Virus record (IMG/VR): IMGVR_UViG_3300023105_000041
Location: 1-56,057 of that record
Source of the DNA: a virus
Taxonomy: Duplodnaviria; Caudoviricetes
Direction: 5' to 3' (one strand)
DNA: 56,057 bases
Both the position numbers and the translations under genes were made by a program. Position 1 is the stretch's first letter; every line of letters starts with the position of its first letter. Under the pieces are notes generated by a model. The model had not been told where the DNA came from and searched no databases. It saw only the letters and a list, made by a program, of their open reading frames with translations. This document shows positions 47,513 to 56,057 of this stretch, in pieces.

Positions 47513-47998
47513 TTATTGTATTTCTACTATTTTTCCTTTAATTGTAAATGCATTTGTTGGTACTTCTAAAGGAACTCGTGTGATATCTTCATTAAATATC
47601 ATTCTAATTTCTTTCGAACCACTAGCGTATTGGCCGGATGTTAGTTCAGTTCCACTTCCATCAAATAACTTTACATCGTATTTACTTCTGTCTTGTTTAA
47701 CACCATAAAGATAAACATCTAAATAATCGTATGCATTATCTACTTGTAAATCTTCATAATTAAATCTATATCCTAATATATCTACTCTATCTAATAAATC
47801 ACCATCTTCATTACCATCCTTTGGGCCTAAAAATAAAGTAAATAAAGTTTGAGTATCTGCATCCAAAGATGATGAGGTTGGAGTAAATTCGTTGATAAAA
47901 GTATCTTCGATTACTTCCAATACAAAATTTTTGAAAGATTGCCTATCTCTCTTTTTTACCGTATTTCCTGCATATATTTTTGGAACTGGTCTACTCAT
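47513..47998 (-). CDS. Hypothetical neck-associated protein
   Basis: Translationally coupled to neighbours; resembles the C-terminal domain of the gp15-like protein. Confidence 0.6.
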   Translation of the reverse strand: MSRPVPKIYAGNTVKKRDRQSFKNFVLEVIEDTFINEFTPTSSSLDADTQTLFTLFLGPKDGNEDGDLLDRVDILGYRFNYEDLQVDNAYDYLDVYLYGVKQDRSKYDVKLFDGSGTELTSGQYASGSKEIRMIFNEDITRVPLEVPTNAFTIKGKIVEIQ

Positions 47999-48402
47999 TA
48001 GTTAACTCTTTCAATATCACCTTTTATAAAAATTCTATCATCCGTTGAAAAAGACCAAGGGTCTCCGTTTCTATCTTCCAATGGAAAGTTTTCTTTTTTC
48101 ATTTTTACATAAAAATCATTTCCAACTTGTTCGTAAACATAGTCTTGACTTCTGACAAATAATTCACCTTGAGAATCATCTGTTAATAAATACATAAAAA
48201 CATCGAATCTTGCATGTGGCTTTCTTTTTTCTGTCAATCGAGAATCTAAAGTTTTTATTCTCATATTCTCTACTTTGAATATCCAATAAAGTGGATGATA
48301 AAATTCATATCTATCTCCATTTTCTTTATCAGAAGGAACACCTTGAAATGTATTAGGTGCATTCACCTCTTTCATTATATTTTTTAAAGTAAAGATGTTC
48401 AT
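47998..48402 (-). CDS. Hypothetical neck-associated protein
   Basis: ATGA overlap with the upstream gene; resembles the C-terminal domain of the gp15-like protein. Confidence 0.6.
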   Translation of the reverse strand: MNIFTLKNIMKEVNAPNTFQGVPSDKENGDRYEFYHPLYWIFKVENMRIKTLDSRLTEKRKPHARFDVFMYLLTDDSQGELFVRSQDYVYEQVGNDFYVKMKKENFPLEDRNGDPWSFSTDDRIFIKGDIERVN

Positions 48403-49529
48403 AATTCTATAAATTTACCAGTTACCGAAACTTCAAAATCGGGTTCTAAAACATATGTTATTCCACCACCACTTTCGAATGCTTGAGTGTTATCCAATTT
48501 AAAGATAATTCTATTTTGAGAACCATTAAATGTATAGGTATATGCACTTGGTGTTATATATACCCCATTTATGTAAACTCTAAACCATCCTTTTGTATCA
48601 AATGTACCAATTAGTTCTTGTGGTAAGATAGGTAATTCTGCGTTATTTAAATAGAAATAAGAGTATTTGTTTGTTACACCATCTGCCGTTTCATCTGGAT
48701 ATAAACTCTTATTAATAACTGCATCAGCAGAACCTCTAATTGCAACAAAATCTATTACATTCTGATACTCATTATAAATATTTGGATTTGAGAATCTCAT
48801 ACCAGTTAAATCGGTTTCAATTCCCCAAACAACCTTTTTAGGTGTGAATGATTTTTTAACTTGTGGTTTTTCATCATAAGTTTCAGGAAGTAGATATGCA
48901 TTGACCACCATTGTAAAAGAAGTTCTAATCACTCTTTCCGAACCTTCCCCAACTTCTTGTTGGTTATCAAATGAATCGATACGAGTTCTAAATTTGAATC
49001 CACCTTCTTTACCCCAATATCTATCAGTGGCATATTGAAATGCTTCCACAATCGTATTCATATGTTCAGTAAAAGATGTCCAAATCATTACTTCATACGT
49101 TAGTGTAACATAATCGGGAACCGAAACTTCATATTGCTCAAATGCCTTTTGTGCATTTGGTTGCAATGAAAACCTTTCATATCTATTTTTTGCTGAATAT
49201 TTTTTGTATGCTGGTAAAGTATTTACATCTTTAAATTGTGCTAATGTAGAATCTCTTTCAATAGAGTTTCTCTTAAACATTACTAATGGAATTTGAATCT
49301 TACCTCGTTGGTCACGAAGGTATCCTTTTGCTCGTGCATTATTCCATCTTTCTGCATTACCATAAAGTAGAGGAACTTTAACTTGGTTACCATGTTCCTC
49401 AACATCAGGAATTACAGTATCCACCATGTACTCAGCAATAGTAGTATCTACATCTAAAAGTTTTACACCTTTAGTGTATTCTTTACTAATACTTCTCTGA
49501 AGTGCTCTATTTGTTTCCTTCTTATTCAT
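48399..49529 (-). CDS. gp15: Tail terminator / sheath stabiliser (gp15-like) with C-terminal extension
   Basis: KVPLLYGNAERW, IQIPLVMFKR..IERD, VPDYVTLTYEVMIWT....MN.IVE; follows gp13/gp14-like genes. Confidence 0.65.
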   Translation of the reverse strand: MNKKETNRALQRSISKEYTKGVKLLDVDTTIAEYMVDTVIPDVEEHGNQVKVPLLYGNAERWNNARAKGYLRDQRGKIQIPLVMFKRNSIERDSTLAQFKDVNTLPAYKKYSAKNRYERFSLQPNAQKAFEQYEVSVPDYVTLTYEVMIWTSFTEHMNTIVEAFQYATDRYWGKEGGFKFRTRIDSFDNQQEVGEGSERVIRTSFTMVVNAYLLPETYDEKPQVKKSFTPKKVVWGIETDLTGMRFSNPNIYNEYQNVIDFVAIRGSADAVINKSLYPDETADGVTNKYSYFYLNNAELPILPQELIGTFDTKGWFRVYINGVYITPSAYTYTFNGSQNRIIFKLDNTQAFESGGGITYVLEPDFEVSVTGKFIEL

Positions 49530-49984
49530 TAGATAACTCTCATTTCAGTTTGAATAGAACTTCTTCTTGTCATAAATGTTGAACAAATGATTGAGAATTT
49601 CTCTCCACTTTGTCCACCAATTAATTGGTCTTCTCTCACATTATCGATTTCAAAATATGCATCATTATGCATGATAATATCACCGATTTCTGGATAAAAT
49701 CCTTTATCTTTTAATGTAATACGATTGAATCTAAATTCTACATTTTGTCCACTATCTGCACCAAAACCTTCGTAAGAAACCGAAGAATCATCTCTTTCAA
49801 TAACTGCAGTACATTTAGTACCTTGGTAATATGATTTATTTAGTGATTCACCATAAAGGTTTGTTGAAATATCCTCAATAGCAAGTTTGAATAGAACTAC
49901 CGTAGTTTCAATTACAGCATCTACTAATTCTCTTGAAATTGATTCAAAGAATCTTATATCTCTATCTAATGCAAATCTTGGCAT
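49529..49984 (-). CDS. gp14: Neck / head-closure protein (gp14-like)
   Basis: NLYGES..K.Y, FG.D, PEIGDII...YFEI motifs; synteny. Confidence 0.7.
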   Translation of the reverse strand: MPRFALDRDIRFFESISRELVDAVIETTVVLFKLAIEDISTNLYGESLNKSYYQGTKCTAVIERDDSSVSYEGFGADSGQNVEFRFNRITLKDKGFYPEIGDIIMHNDAYFEIDNVREDQLIGGQSGEKFSIICSTFMTRRSSIQTEMRVI

Positions 49985-49985
49985 T

Positions 49986-51134
49986 TTATCCGGTGTATAT
50001 CGTTAATGGAACTTTTCGTAACATTTCTTGCTGATAATTAGCTTCGTTATTTCTAATTTCAAACTGATTTTTTCTACTTAACTCTTCTAAATTTTCTCGG
50101 AGTTGTTCAATCAAAGCATCTTTTTCAGTTTGAGCCTCAGCTCTTAATGCTGCTCCATCCAACGATATTTCGGAACCAGGAATAGGTACTGAACTATATT
50201 TTTCTCTGATTGCTCCTAATAGTTCTTTAGCAAGAGCAAGTGAATATTTTCTAATCCATTGTTTACCCACATCATTTATAGATGTATATGGGATAAAATC
50301 ATATCCAACATTTGAATAATCCGATACTACATCAGATGTTACTGATGTTGAGTTTTGAATAAATTCATCTCTAACAAAATATTCAAACCATAATTTACCA
50401 GCAGTTGTTGGGATTGGAAAAATTTGTAATTTATTATTTACGATATTAAATGAGTGTGCGGATTTTCTAATAGTATCATTAAACTCAATTGCCTGCATTC
50501 TTAATACATCTTCAAATATTGGCATTAACACAAATTGTGCTGCCGGTGAGAATGAACCAAATCCAAACTCATCAATTAAATTTAGAGTACCTTGTCCACT
50601 TACCGAATAAGGGTCAAAGAATCTATTTACCGCTGGAGTTGCTTCGTGAAATACTGTTGTTACATCAATTCGGTTTCCGCTTTCACTTACATTAGCAAAT
50701 AAAATATCTAAATCGTAATTTTGTTTACCGGCTACCAAATCAATAGAACCACTTTTAATATCAGTATTACCACCAACACCAGCTAATGTACCATAAGCAT
50801 CTGAAATGGCTACTAAATCAGGTAGATTTGAACCTTGTACCAACTTTCCACTATAATTTGTGCCGGTTGGATTTCCTTTTAATGTATCTAAGTTATTTCT
50901 AATGTTGAATTGATTAACTTGTGCAGCATATTCTGCAGTAGCTTCTTCAAAACAAGCAAATAGATTTTCATCAACCAATTCTACATTTTGGACGGGATAT
51001 CCTAATCTCTTTGCACACCAATTAGCTATTTTGGGTGCATCGGTTTGGAACTCATAATCATTATCATAAGTACCAAATGGAGTTTGTCCAGCAAAGAATG
51101 ATGATGAACCAGGGTATATGTATTCTACTGCCAT
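49986..51134 (-). CDS. gp13: Neck / head-tail adaptor protein (gp13-like)
   Basis: RLGYPVQNVEL, WIRKYSLALAKELLGAIREKY..VPIPG..ISLDG..L..EA..EK..L motifs. Confidence 0.85.
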   Translation of the reverse strand: MAVEYIYPGSSSFFAGQTPFGTYDNDYEFQTDAPKIANWCAKRLGYPVQNVELVDENLFACFEEATAEYAAQVNQFNIRNNLDTLKGNPTGTNYSGKLVQGSNLPDLVAISDAYGTLAGVGGNTDIKSGSIDLVAGKQNYDLDILFANVSESGNRIDVTTVFHEATPAVNRFFDPYSVSGQGTLNLIDEFGFGSFSPAAQFVLMPIFEDVLRMQAIEFNDTIRKSAHSFNIVNNKLQIFPIPTTAGKLWFEYFVRDEFIQNSTSVTSDVVSDYSNVGYDFIPYTSINDVGKQWIRKYSLALAKELLGAIREKYSSVPIPGSEISLDGAALRAEAQTEKDALIEQLRENLEELSRKNQFEIRNNEANYQQEMLRKVPLTIYTG

Positions 51135-51162
51135 AAATTATTCCTCTCTTTAGTATAGTATC

Positions 51163-51170
51163 TATAAATA
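51163..51170 (-). promoter_or_regulatory. Putative late-promoter motif TATTTATA for the neck/giant-fibre operon
   Basis: Intergenic, 29 nt above ATG 51134; GAGGA SD between them. Confidence 0.55.
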
Positions 51171-51224
51171 TAAAGAAAAAGAAGAATAGTGTTTTTGTAA
51201 GAAGATTACCTTATCTCTTTATTT

Positions 51225-52112
51225 TTATGGTGCTGAAGTTTTATAAGGATGAGAGCTTGGTAAAGAACTTTCTAATCCCCATTTGTGTGCAAGGTATCCT
51301 TCTGTACGTTCAACATTACTGATATCTGTCCCACTTGTACCTGGTAAACCTGCAAAAGTTAAAAACTCTGCCATTTGACCTTGCATTCTTTCGTTAGCTC
51401 TGTTTTTGAATATCCTCAAATCCAAATTGGTGTTTAGAGCATTATCATAATCATTCACAGGTGTAAACTTGTTGGTTCCGTTTACTCTCACAGCAATCTG
51501 ATTGCCTGTTTTGTTGAAAATAGCACATATGATAACCCAAGTGTCTTGTGCTATTCCTGAGTCAAATTGTTCTGCATTACCGATGGTTGATGAAATTCTA
51601 TCTGAACTTAATCCATCCAAATCTAACTCACCATCAAAAGCAGATACATTACCTGAACTAATAGCATAATCTCTTTTACTTGTTGATGAAACAGTGTTGT
51701 TTTCTACACTCCAAAATGAATCTCTCACATTGTTAATGTTATCCCATTTCATTAAACCAATTGCCCAATGATTACCATCTGAATCAACTTGTTGAAATTC
51801 ATCTGTTGTGAAATCTTCACCGCTTTGAAATTGAAAAACAGTCTTACCATTAAGTGTTTGGTTCACTTGAGGCGTGTTGCGTACTGTGACAGTGGCATTG
51901 CCTGCTTTATCTGTAACTGCAGTTACATAAATTCCATTTTCTGATACAGTATAACTTGATGTATCGGATGCATCAATCCAAGCAGCTGTTGTTATATCTG
52001 TACTTGGTGACCAAGGAGTTTGTGGCCATATAAGTTCGTTATTATAATAAACCTCATCTACCGAAACATTATTCAAATAAATGTTTTGTGCAGTATTGAT
52101 TCTCCTATCCAT
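51225..52112 (-). CDS. Putative ConA/LamG-like lectin-fold virion protein
   Basis: W.DASD.S N-terminal and EGYLAHKWGL...LP..HPY C-terminal motifs. Confidence 0.6.
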   Translation of the reverse strand: MDRRINTAQNIYLNNVSVDEVYYNNELIWPQTPWSPSTDITTAAWIDASDTSSYTVSENGIYVTAVTDKAGNATVTVRNTPQVNQTLNGKTVFQFQSGEDFTTDEFQQVDSDGNHWAIGLMKWDNINNVRDSFWSVENNTVSSTSKRDYAISSGNVSAFDGELDLDGLSSDRISSTIGNAEQFDSGIAQDTWVIICAIFNKTGNQIAVRVNGTNKFTPVNDYDNALNTNLDLRIFKNRANERMQGQMAEFLTFAGLPGTSGTDISNVERTEGYLAHKWGLESSLPSSHPYKTSAP

Positions 52113-52114
52113 TG

Positions 52115-53623
52115 TTATCCTTGTATGATGTATAGTGTACCACTAACAGGTGTGATTGCTGCATAAGATGCAGATGTCATTAGTTGTATAAAATCAACTG
52201 TTGATGAACTTACATATCCTAAATCTGATATTTGAGATGAACCACTTATTGAGCCATCCAAACTAGCATCTACATAAGCTTTTGTTGCAGCGTCTTGAGA
52301 TGCAGTTGGTTCTGATAAATTTGTGATTTTACCCGTCATAGAAATACCATCTGCCGTTGTTGATAATACTTCTGAGTTTAGATGATAAAGTGTAGCAATA
52401 CCATCTTCAGCTGTTATTGCGGTTCGAGATGAACCATTATCTTGTATTCTAACAATTGGACTTTGTAAAACTAAAGTACCTGTGGTGTTTTTGATACGGG
52501 CGGATATACCACTGTGCAGTAGTTCTAAGTCATTATCATCACCTATATTGATTGTCCCACCATCATTTAGATATAAACTTCCTGAAATATCAACACTACC
52601 CGTAATAGCAATACCATCTGAGGTTGTTTCAAACCTTTTAATATTGTTATGGTATAAATCTACACTACCATCATCATTAAAGAAAGCAAAATCTTCATCA
52701 GTAGCTTGATTAAGAAGTCTGATTGTATTACTACGAAGTTGTAACTGACCAGAACCAGCATTCTGAATAATACCAGTTCCATTATTGTGGTGAAAAATCT
52801 GCAAGTCATCATTATCACCAAAGTTTACTTTCTCATTGTCATTCAATGATAAACTTCCTGAAAATGTTACATCACCACTTGCAGTTATATCATTAAATGA
52901 TACATTTGAAGTTGTACTAAGGTTTTGATTTATAGTATCAAGTTGTGTTTTATTTGAATGTGTGTGAGAATCTCCTCCACCACTTCCAAATCCACTTGAT
53001 GCAACTGATGATGAAATATATGAATCGGTTATTACATCGGTAATTTGAGATGAACCACTTACAATACCTTGTGGAAGTTCAGTAATATAAGAACCTGTTT
53101 CTGAAGTTACGTTATTTACTTCAGTTTGAATAGATGATGTAAAATCATTTAGTGATGTTAAATCTTGGGTAATACCAGAAGTACCACTCGTACCACCACT
53201 TCCTGCAGTTCCGTTTGTTCCACTCGTACCACCACTTCCTGCAGTTCCATTTGTACCAGAAACACCAGAAGTTCCAGATGAACCAAACAAAGTTCCATCC
53301 AATCCACTTGTACCAGATGTACCAGCTGAACCCGATGAACCAGTTACACCATCTGCACCATCTACACCCGATGTACCTGATGTTCCTGATGTTCCACTGC
53401 TCCCAAAGAATGTACCATTTAGTCCACTTGTACCAGATGTACCAGCTGAACCAGATGAACCCTTTTCTCCAGTAGAACCTTTTGCACCAGCAGTAGCAAT
53501 AGTTACAGATGTATTACCCGTTCCACTAACTACTATATCCGATGTTGTTGGATTTACTTCAATAGTTGATTGTGAACCAGAAACTTCTACTGTTGTATTA
53601 TTCTGAGTTACATTAACTGCCAT
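52115..53623 (-). CDS. Fibre-like structural protein with GTS triplets (possible head fibre)
   Basis: GTS block with two [ND]GT[FL]FG motifs, two L.LND.....GD..DL...H repeats, DAATKAYVD motif; encoded next to the capsid gene. Confidence 0.65.
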   Translation of the reverse strand: MAVNVTQNNTTVEVSGSQSTIEVNPTTSDIVVSGTGNTSVTIATAGAKGSTGEKGSSGSAGTSGTSGLNGTFFGSSGTSGTSGTSGVDGADGVTGSSGSAGTSGTSGLDGTLFGSSGTSGVSGTNGTAGSGGTSGTNGTAGSGGTSGTSGITQDLTSLNDFTSSIQTEVNNVTSETGSYITELPQGIVSGSSQITDVITDSYISSSVASSGFGSGGGDSHTHSNKTQLDTINQNLSTTSNVSFNDITASGDVTFSGSLSLNDNEKVNFGDNDDLQIFHHNNGTGIIQNAGSGQLQLRSNTIRLLNQATDEDFAFFNDDGSVDLYHNNIKRFETTSDGIAITGSVDISGSLYLNDGGTINIGDDNDLELLHSGISARIKNTTGTLVLQSPIVRIQDNGSSRTAITAEDGIATLYHLNSEVLSTTADGISMTGKITNLSEPTASQDAATKAYVDASLDGSISGSSQISDLGYVSSSTVDFIQLMTSASYAAITPVSGTLYIIQG

Positions 53624-53625
53624 TG

Positions 53626-54015
53626 TTATCGAGTTACTTCTTTAGATAATTTTACTTTACCTTGTAATAATCGTGTTACATCACAACCATTACTATCCAC
53701 CATTTCTAAATCATAAACGGCTTCACTAAAGTCTAATAGGGAAGATGAGTGTGCAGAAATATAAACTCCAATTGAACCTGATGAAAGTGGTAAATTACCA
53801 GTACTTCCACTTAGGTTTAACCCCGTACCACAACCATCTGATAAAGATGATGATAATGCGATATAAATTGTTTCAGATTCAATAGTTGGTCTAAGATGCA
53901 TTCTTGCCTGATATCCACTTAAATCAACGGGATTTCCATCTCCATCTTTCCAAGTTACATTAAAGTTTAAAGTAGCACCTTGCTCAATAGTAAAGTTATA
54001 ATTTCCTGCTGCCAT
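53626..54015 (-). CDS. Small beta-sandwich structural/adaptor protein
   Basis: NFTIEQGAT...PVDLSGYQARMHLR...AVYDLEM...VTRLLQGKV.LS.EVT; GGAG SD. Confidence 0.65.
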   Translation of the reverse strand: MAAGNYNFTIEQGATLNFNVTWKDGDGNPVDLSGYQARMHLRPTIESETIYIALSSSLSDGCGTGLNLSGSTGNLPLSSGSIGVYISAHSSSLLDFSEAVYDLEMVDSNGCDVTRLLQGKVKLSKEVTR

Positions 54016-54036
54016 AATTTTTCTCCAATTAGTAAA

Positions 54037-54044
54037 TATAAATA
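54037..54044 (-). promoter_or_regulatory. Putative late-promoter motif TATTTATA
   Basis: Just after the capsid terminator, 22 nt above ATG 54015. Confidence 0.55.
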
Positions 54045-54057
54045 TTGAAAAATGAAT

Positions 54058-54088
54058 AAAAAAAAAGAGGGAACTTTCGTTCCCTCTT
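54058..54088 (-). terminator. Rho-independent terminator after major capsid gene
   Basis: mRNA AAGAGGGAAC-GAAA-GUUCCCUCUU followed by a U run. Confidence 0.9.
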
Positions 54089-54118
54089 AATTTAGTTTAT
54101 ATAAAGTTAAACTCTATC

Positions 54119-55738
54119 TTAGATAGAAGCTAAATCTTTAACATAAATCTTACCATAGTACTCTGGTCTTACCATTTTCTTAGCGTATCTCGTCATAACT
54201 CCTCTTCTTGGAGTGAAGTTAGTTGGGTCATACACTAATGGAGTCATAATAAGTGGTACATACGGAGCATATACAGCACCAGTTTCTAGGAAGTTGCTTC
54301 CTCTAAATCCTAACAAGATTTCATTTGAAGTCATGTAAGGGTTTTTGTAAACTGTGTATCTGTTAGCAATCGCACCTACTGAAGTTACACCAGCAGCGAA
54401 GCTCATAGCGTCTTTATCAGCTGATACAGTAAATCCAGGGATTGATTCTAAGATAGTACATACATCAGGAGATGCTACTACAAAGTTAGCTCCACCTCTT
54501 AATGTTAATTGGTGAATCTTATTAGATACTTTGTTTAATTTAGTACCTAAAGTTTGGAACCAAGTGTTCTTTTGGTATGCAACACCAGAAGTTCCAGCAG
54601 ACCATGCACCAGTTGAAGAGTTGTACTCCTCACCGATTGTAGCTGACCAGTACTCAGTAGTCAATGCGTTAGACTTTAACATATCTAAGATTTCTAAGTC
54701 AATCTCTAATGAGATGTAATCAGATAACATAGAAGTTAATTCAGCTTCAGCATCGATTGAGTGGTAAGCGTTAAGGTCTTGCGCCAACTCAGGAGTCCAC
54801 ACAGCCTTTAGTTTTCTTGTCTTAGCAACAATTGCTTCAGACTTCAATTCTAAGTCTACTTCAGGAATATCGATAGAAGTACCAACACTACCAGCAGCAC
54901 CAGCTACTTGTCCAGCGTTTTTACCATCTTCGAAATCACCTCTTGCGTAATCAGCAGGAACTACTGAGTAAGTTAAGATAGCGAAGTCAGCAGCAGATGT
55001 ACCATATCCAGCAGATGCAGATACGAACATTACTAAGTTAGAACCATCAGCACCATTGAATTGGTTGATAGTAGTTACGATTTCATCATCAGAGATGTTG
55101 AAAGAGTTAGCACCATCTAAATCAGCAGTTGCAGGAGCAGCGAAAGTAAGTTTAGCGATTTCACCATCAGAAATTGATTGTGATAATGAAGCGTCAAAAC
55201 CTACCTCAGCCCAAGAAGCTGAAGCGAAAGTGATATCACCTACAGCGATAGAAGAAGTTACATCATTTGCAGAGTATCCAAATCTACCGTCTCCGTAAAG
55301 ACCATTTTCAGCAACGTTAGTTGAACCTACATCAGAACCGTCTCCACCGAAAAGTGATTGACCGTTGAATGCAGGGTTTCCACCTTGTGCAGTTCCATAT
55401 TTGAAATCTAAATAGAATACAAGCCCTGAAGGTAAGTTCATAGGTTGTACACTAACGAATTCTTTAGAAGCAATCTCACCAAAGATTCTTCTTACTAAAG
55501 GTAAAGCAACACCGCTCCACTCTTCAGAGTTATTTTGCACCCCTGTTTGAGATGCCTCATCAAGCAATTGTTTTGCTTGGTTTTCTAAAAGAACAGACAT
55601 TGCGCCTTGCTCTTTTTCTCCTAAACCTTCTAAAAGACCTGTGTTTTCCCACTTAGACTTTAGTTGTCTTGTTTCAGCCAACATTACCGACTGTGGGTTC
55701 TTGCCTTCCATTAGTTTAGATAAATCAAAATTTGCCAT
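54119..55738 (-). CDS. gp23: Major capsid protein (T4 gp23 family)
   Basis: LLENQ, PLVRR, VQPMNLPSGLVFY, AKTRKLKAVWTPELAQDLNAYH.IDAEAEL, EIDLEIL, YAPYVPL, F.P..GVMTRY. Confidence 0.97.
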   Translation of the reverse strand: MANFDLSKLMEGKNPQSVMLAETRQLKSKWENTGLLEGLGEKEQGAMSVLLENQAKQLLDEASQTGVQNNSEEWSGVALPLVRRIFGEIASKEFVSVQPMNLPSGLVFYLDFKYGTAQGGNPAFNGQSLFGGDGSDVGSTNVAENGLYGDGRFGYSANDVTSSIAVGDITFASASWAEVGFDASLSQSISDGEIAKLTFAAPATADLDGANSFNISDDEIVTTINQFNGADGSNLVMFVSASAGYGTSAADFAILTYSVVPADYARGDFEDGKNAGQVAGAAGSVGTSIDIPEVDLELKSEAIVAKTRKLKAVWTPELAQDLNAYHSIDAEAELTSMLSDYISLEIDLEILDMLKSNALTTEYWSATIGEEYNSSTGAWSAGTSGVAYQKNTWFQTLGTKLNKVSNKIHQLTLRGGANFVVASPDVCTILESIPGFTVSADKDAMSFAAGVTSVGAIANRYTVYKNPYMTSNEILLGFRGSNFLETGAVYAPYVPLIMTPLVYDPTNFTPRRGVMTRYAKKMVRPEYYGKIYVKDLASI

Positions 55739-55767
55739 TTTATTTTTCCTTTTTAATGTTAGTTAAA

Positions 55768-56057
55768 TTATTTGATATTAGCTAGTTTTTTAAATCTCTC
55801 AGCTAATACATTTGTGTTTTCAGAAATAATTTCTTTTGAAGGAGCAGTTGAAGCAACTGGTTTAGATGCAGCCTCAGCTACAACTTTCTTAGTTTTCTTC
55901 TCAGTTCCTGTAAAATTCATTGATTCTGCCAACGTAGCGTAAACTAATTTTACTTCTCTAACAGATGATGTTCTGTCTAAGTTTTCAACAACTTTAGATT
56001 TTTGCTCATTGTTTAAGTTATAAGCTCTGAACAATCTATTAGCGTATAATAATTTTG
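55768..56057 (-). CDS. Prohead core/scaffolding protein, C-terminal part (runs off window end)
   Basis: Frame is open to the window edge (..KLLYANRLFRAYNL..); helical, ends ERFKKLANIK; directly upstream of gp23. Confidence 0.75.
   Translation of the reverse strand, partial: KLLYANRLFRAYNLNNEQKSKVVENLDRTSSVREVKLVYATLAESMNFTGTEKKTKKVVAEAASKPVASTAPSKEIISENTNVLAERFKKLANIK

Noticed and set aside
27870-47708. Many 60-183 aa + strand ORFs inside the giant genes
   Set aside because: Antisense shadows of repetitive coding sequence; all credible genes are on the minus strand
1-56057. Alternative genetic code (stop-codon reassignment)
   Set aside because: ORFs up to 13 kb are open in code 11, genes pack tightly, and TAA, TAG (6286) and TGA (6747) all end genes

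Overview
AT-rich window from a large contractile-tailed (myovirus) phage with a T4 gp23-type capsid. Every credible gene is on the minus strand. In reading order (right to left): partial prohead scaffold, major capsid protein, three accessory structural genes, neck/head-tail proteins (gp13-, gp14- and gp15-like), about 38 kb of fibre and adaptor genes including three giant proteins (4320, 3584 and 3171 aa), tail sheath, tail tube, a tail-assembly chaperone with an overlapping +1-frame partner ORF, tape measure, tube initiator, a LysM/gp53-like protein, and a partial baseplate-hub gene that the ORF track missed. Main points of interest: (1) the 4320-aa protein carries 20 copies of a Cys-x-Arg-Asp repeat that aligns in register with the bilin-binding helix of phycocyanin alpha; (2) the 3584-aa fibre has two cupredoxin-like domains with a full His...Cys-x2-His-x2-Met type-1 copper ligand set; (3) about 1,500 residues of Pro-poor Gly-Ser/Thr-Ser triplets; (4) a hairpin+U7 recoding site in the chaperone gene; (5) a recurring upstream TATTTATA motif, the reverse complement of the T4 late promoter. 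Family assignments come from motif recognition by eye; no database search was run. No tRNA, rRNA, CRISPR array or mobile element was seen.
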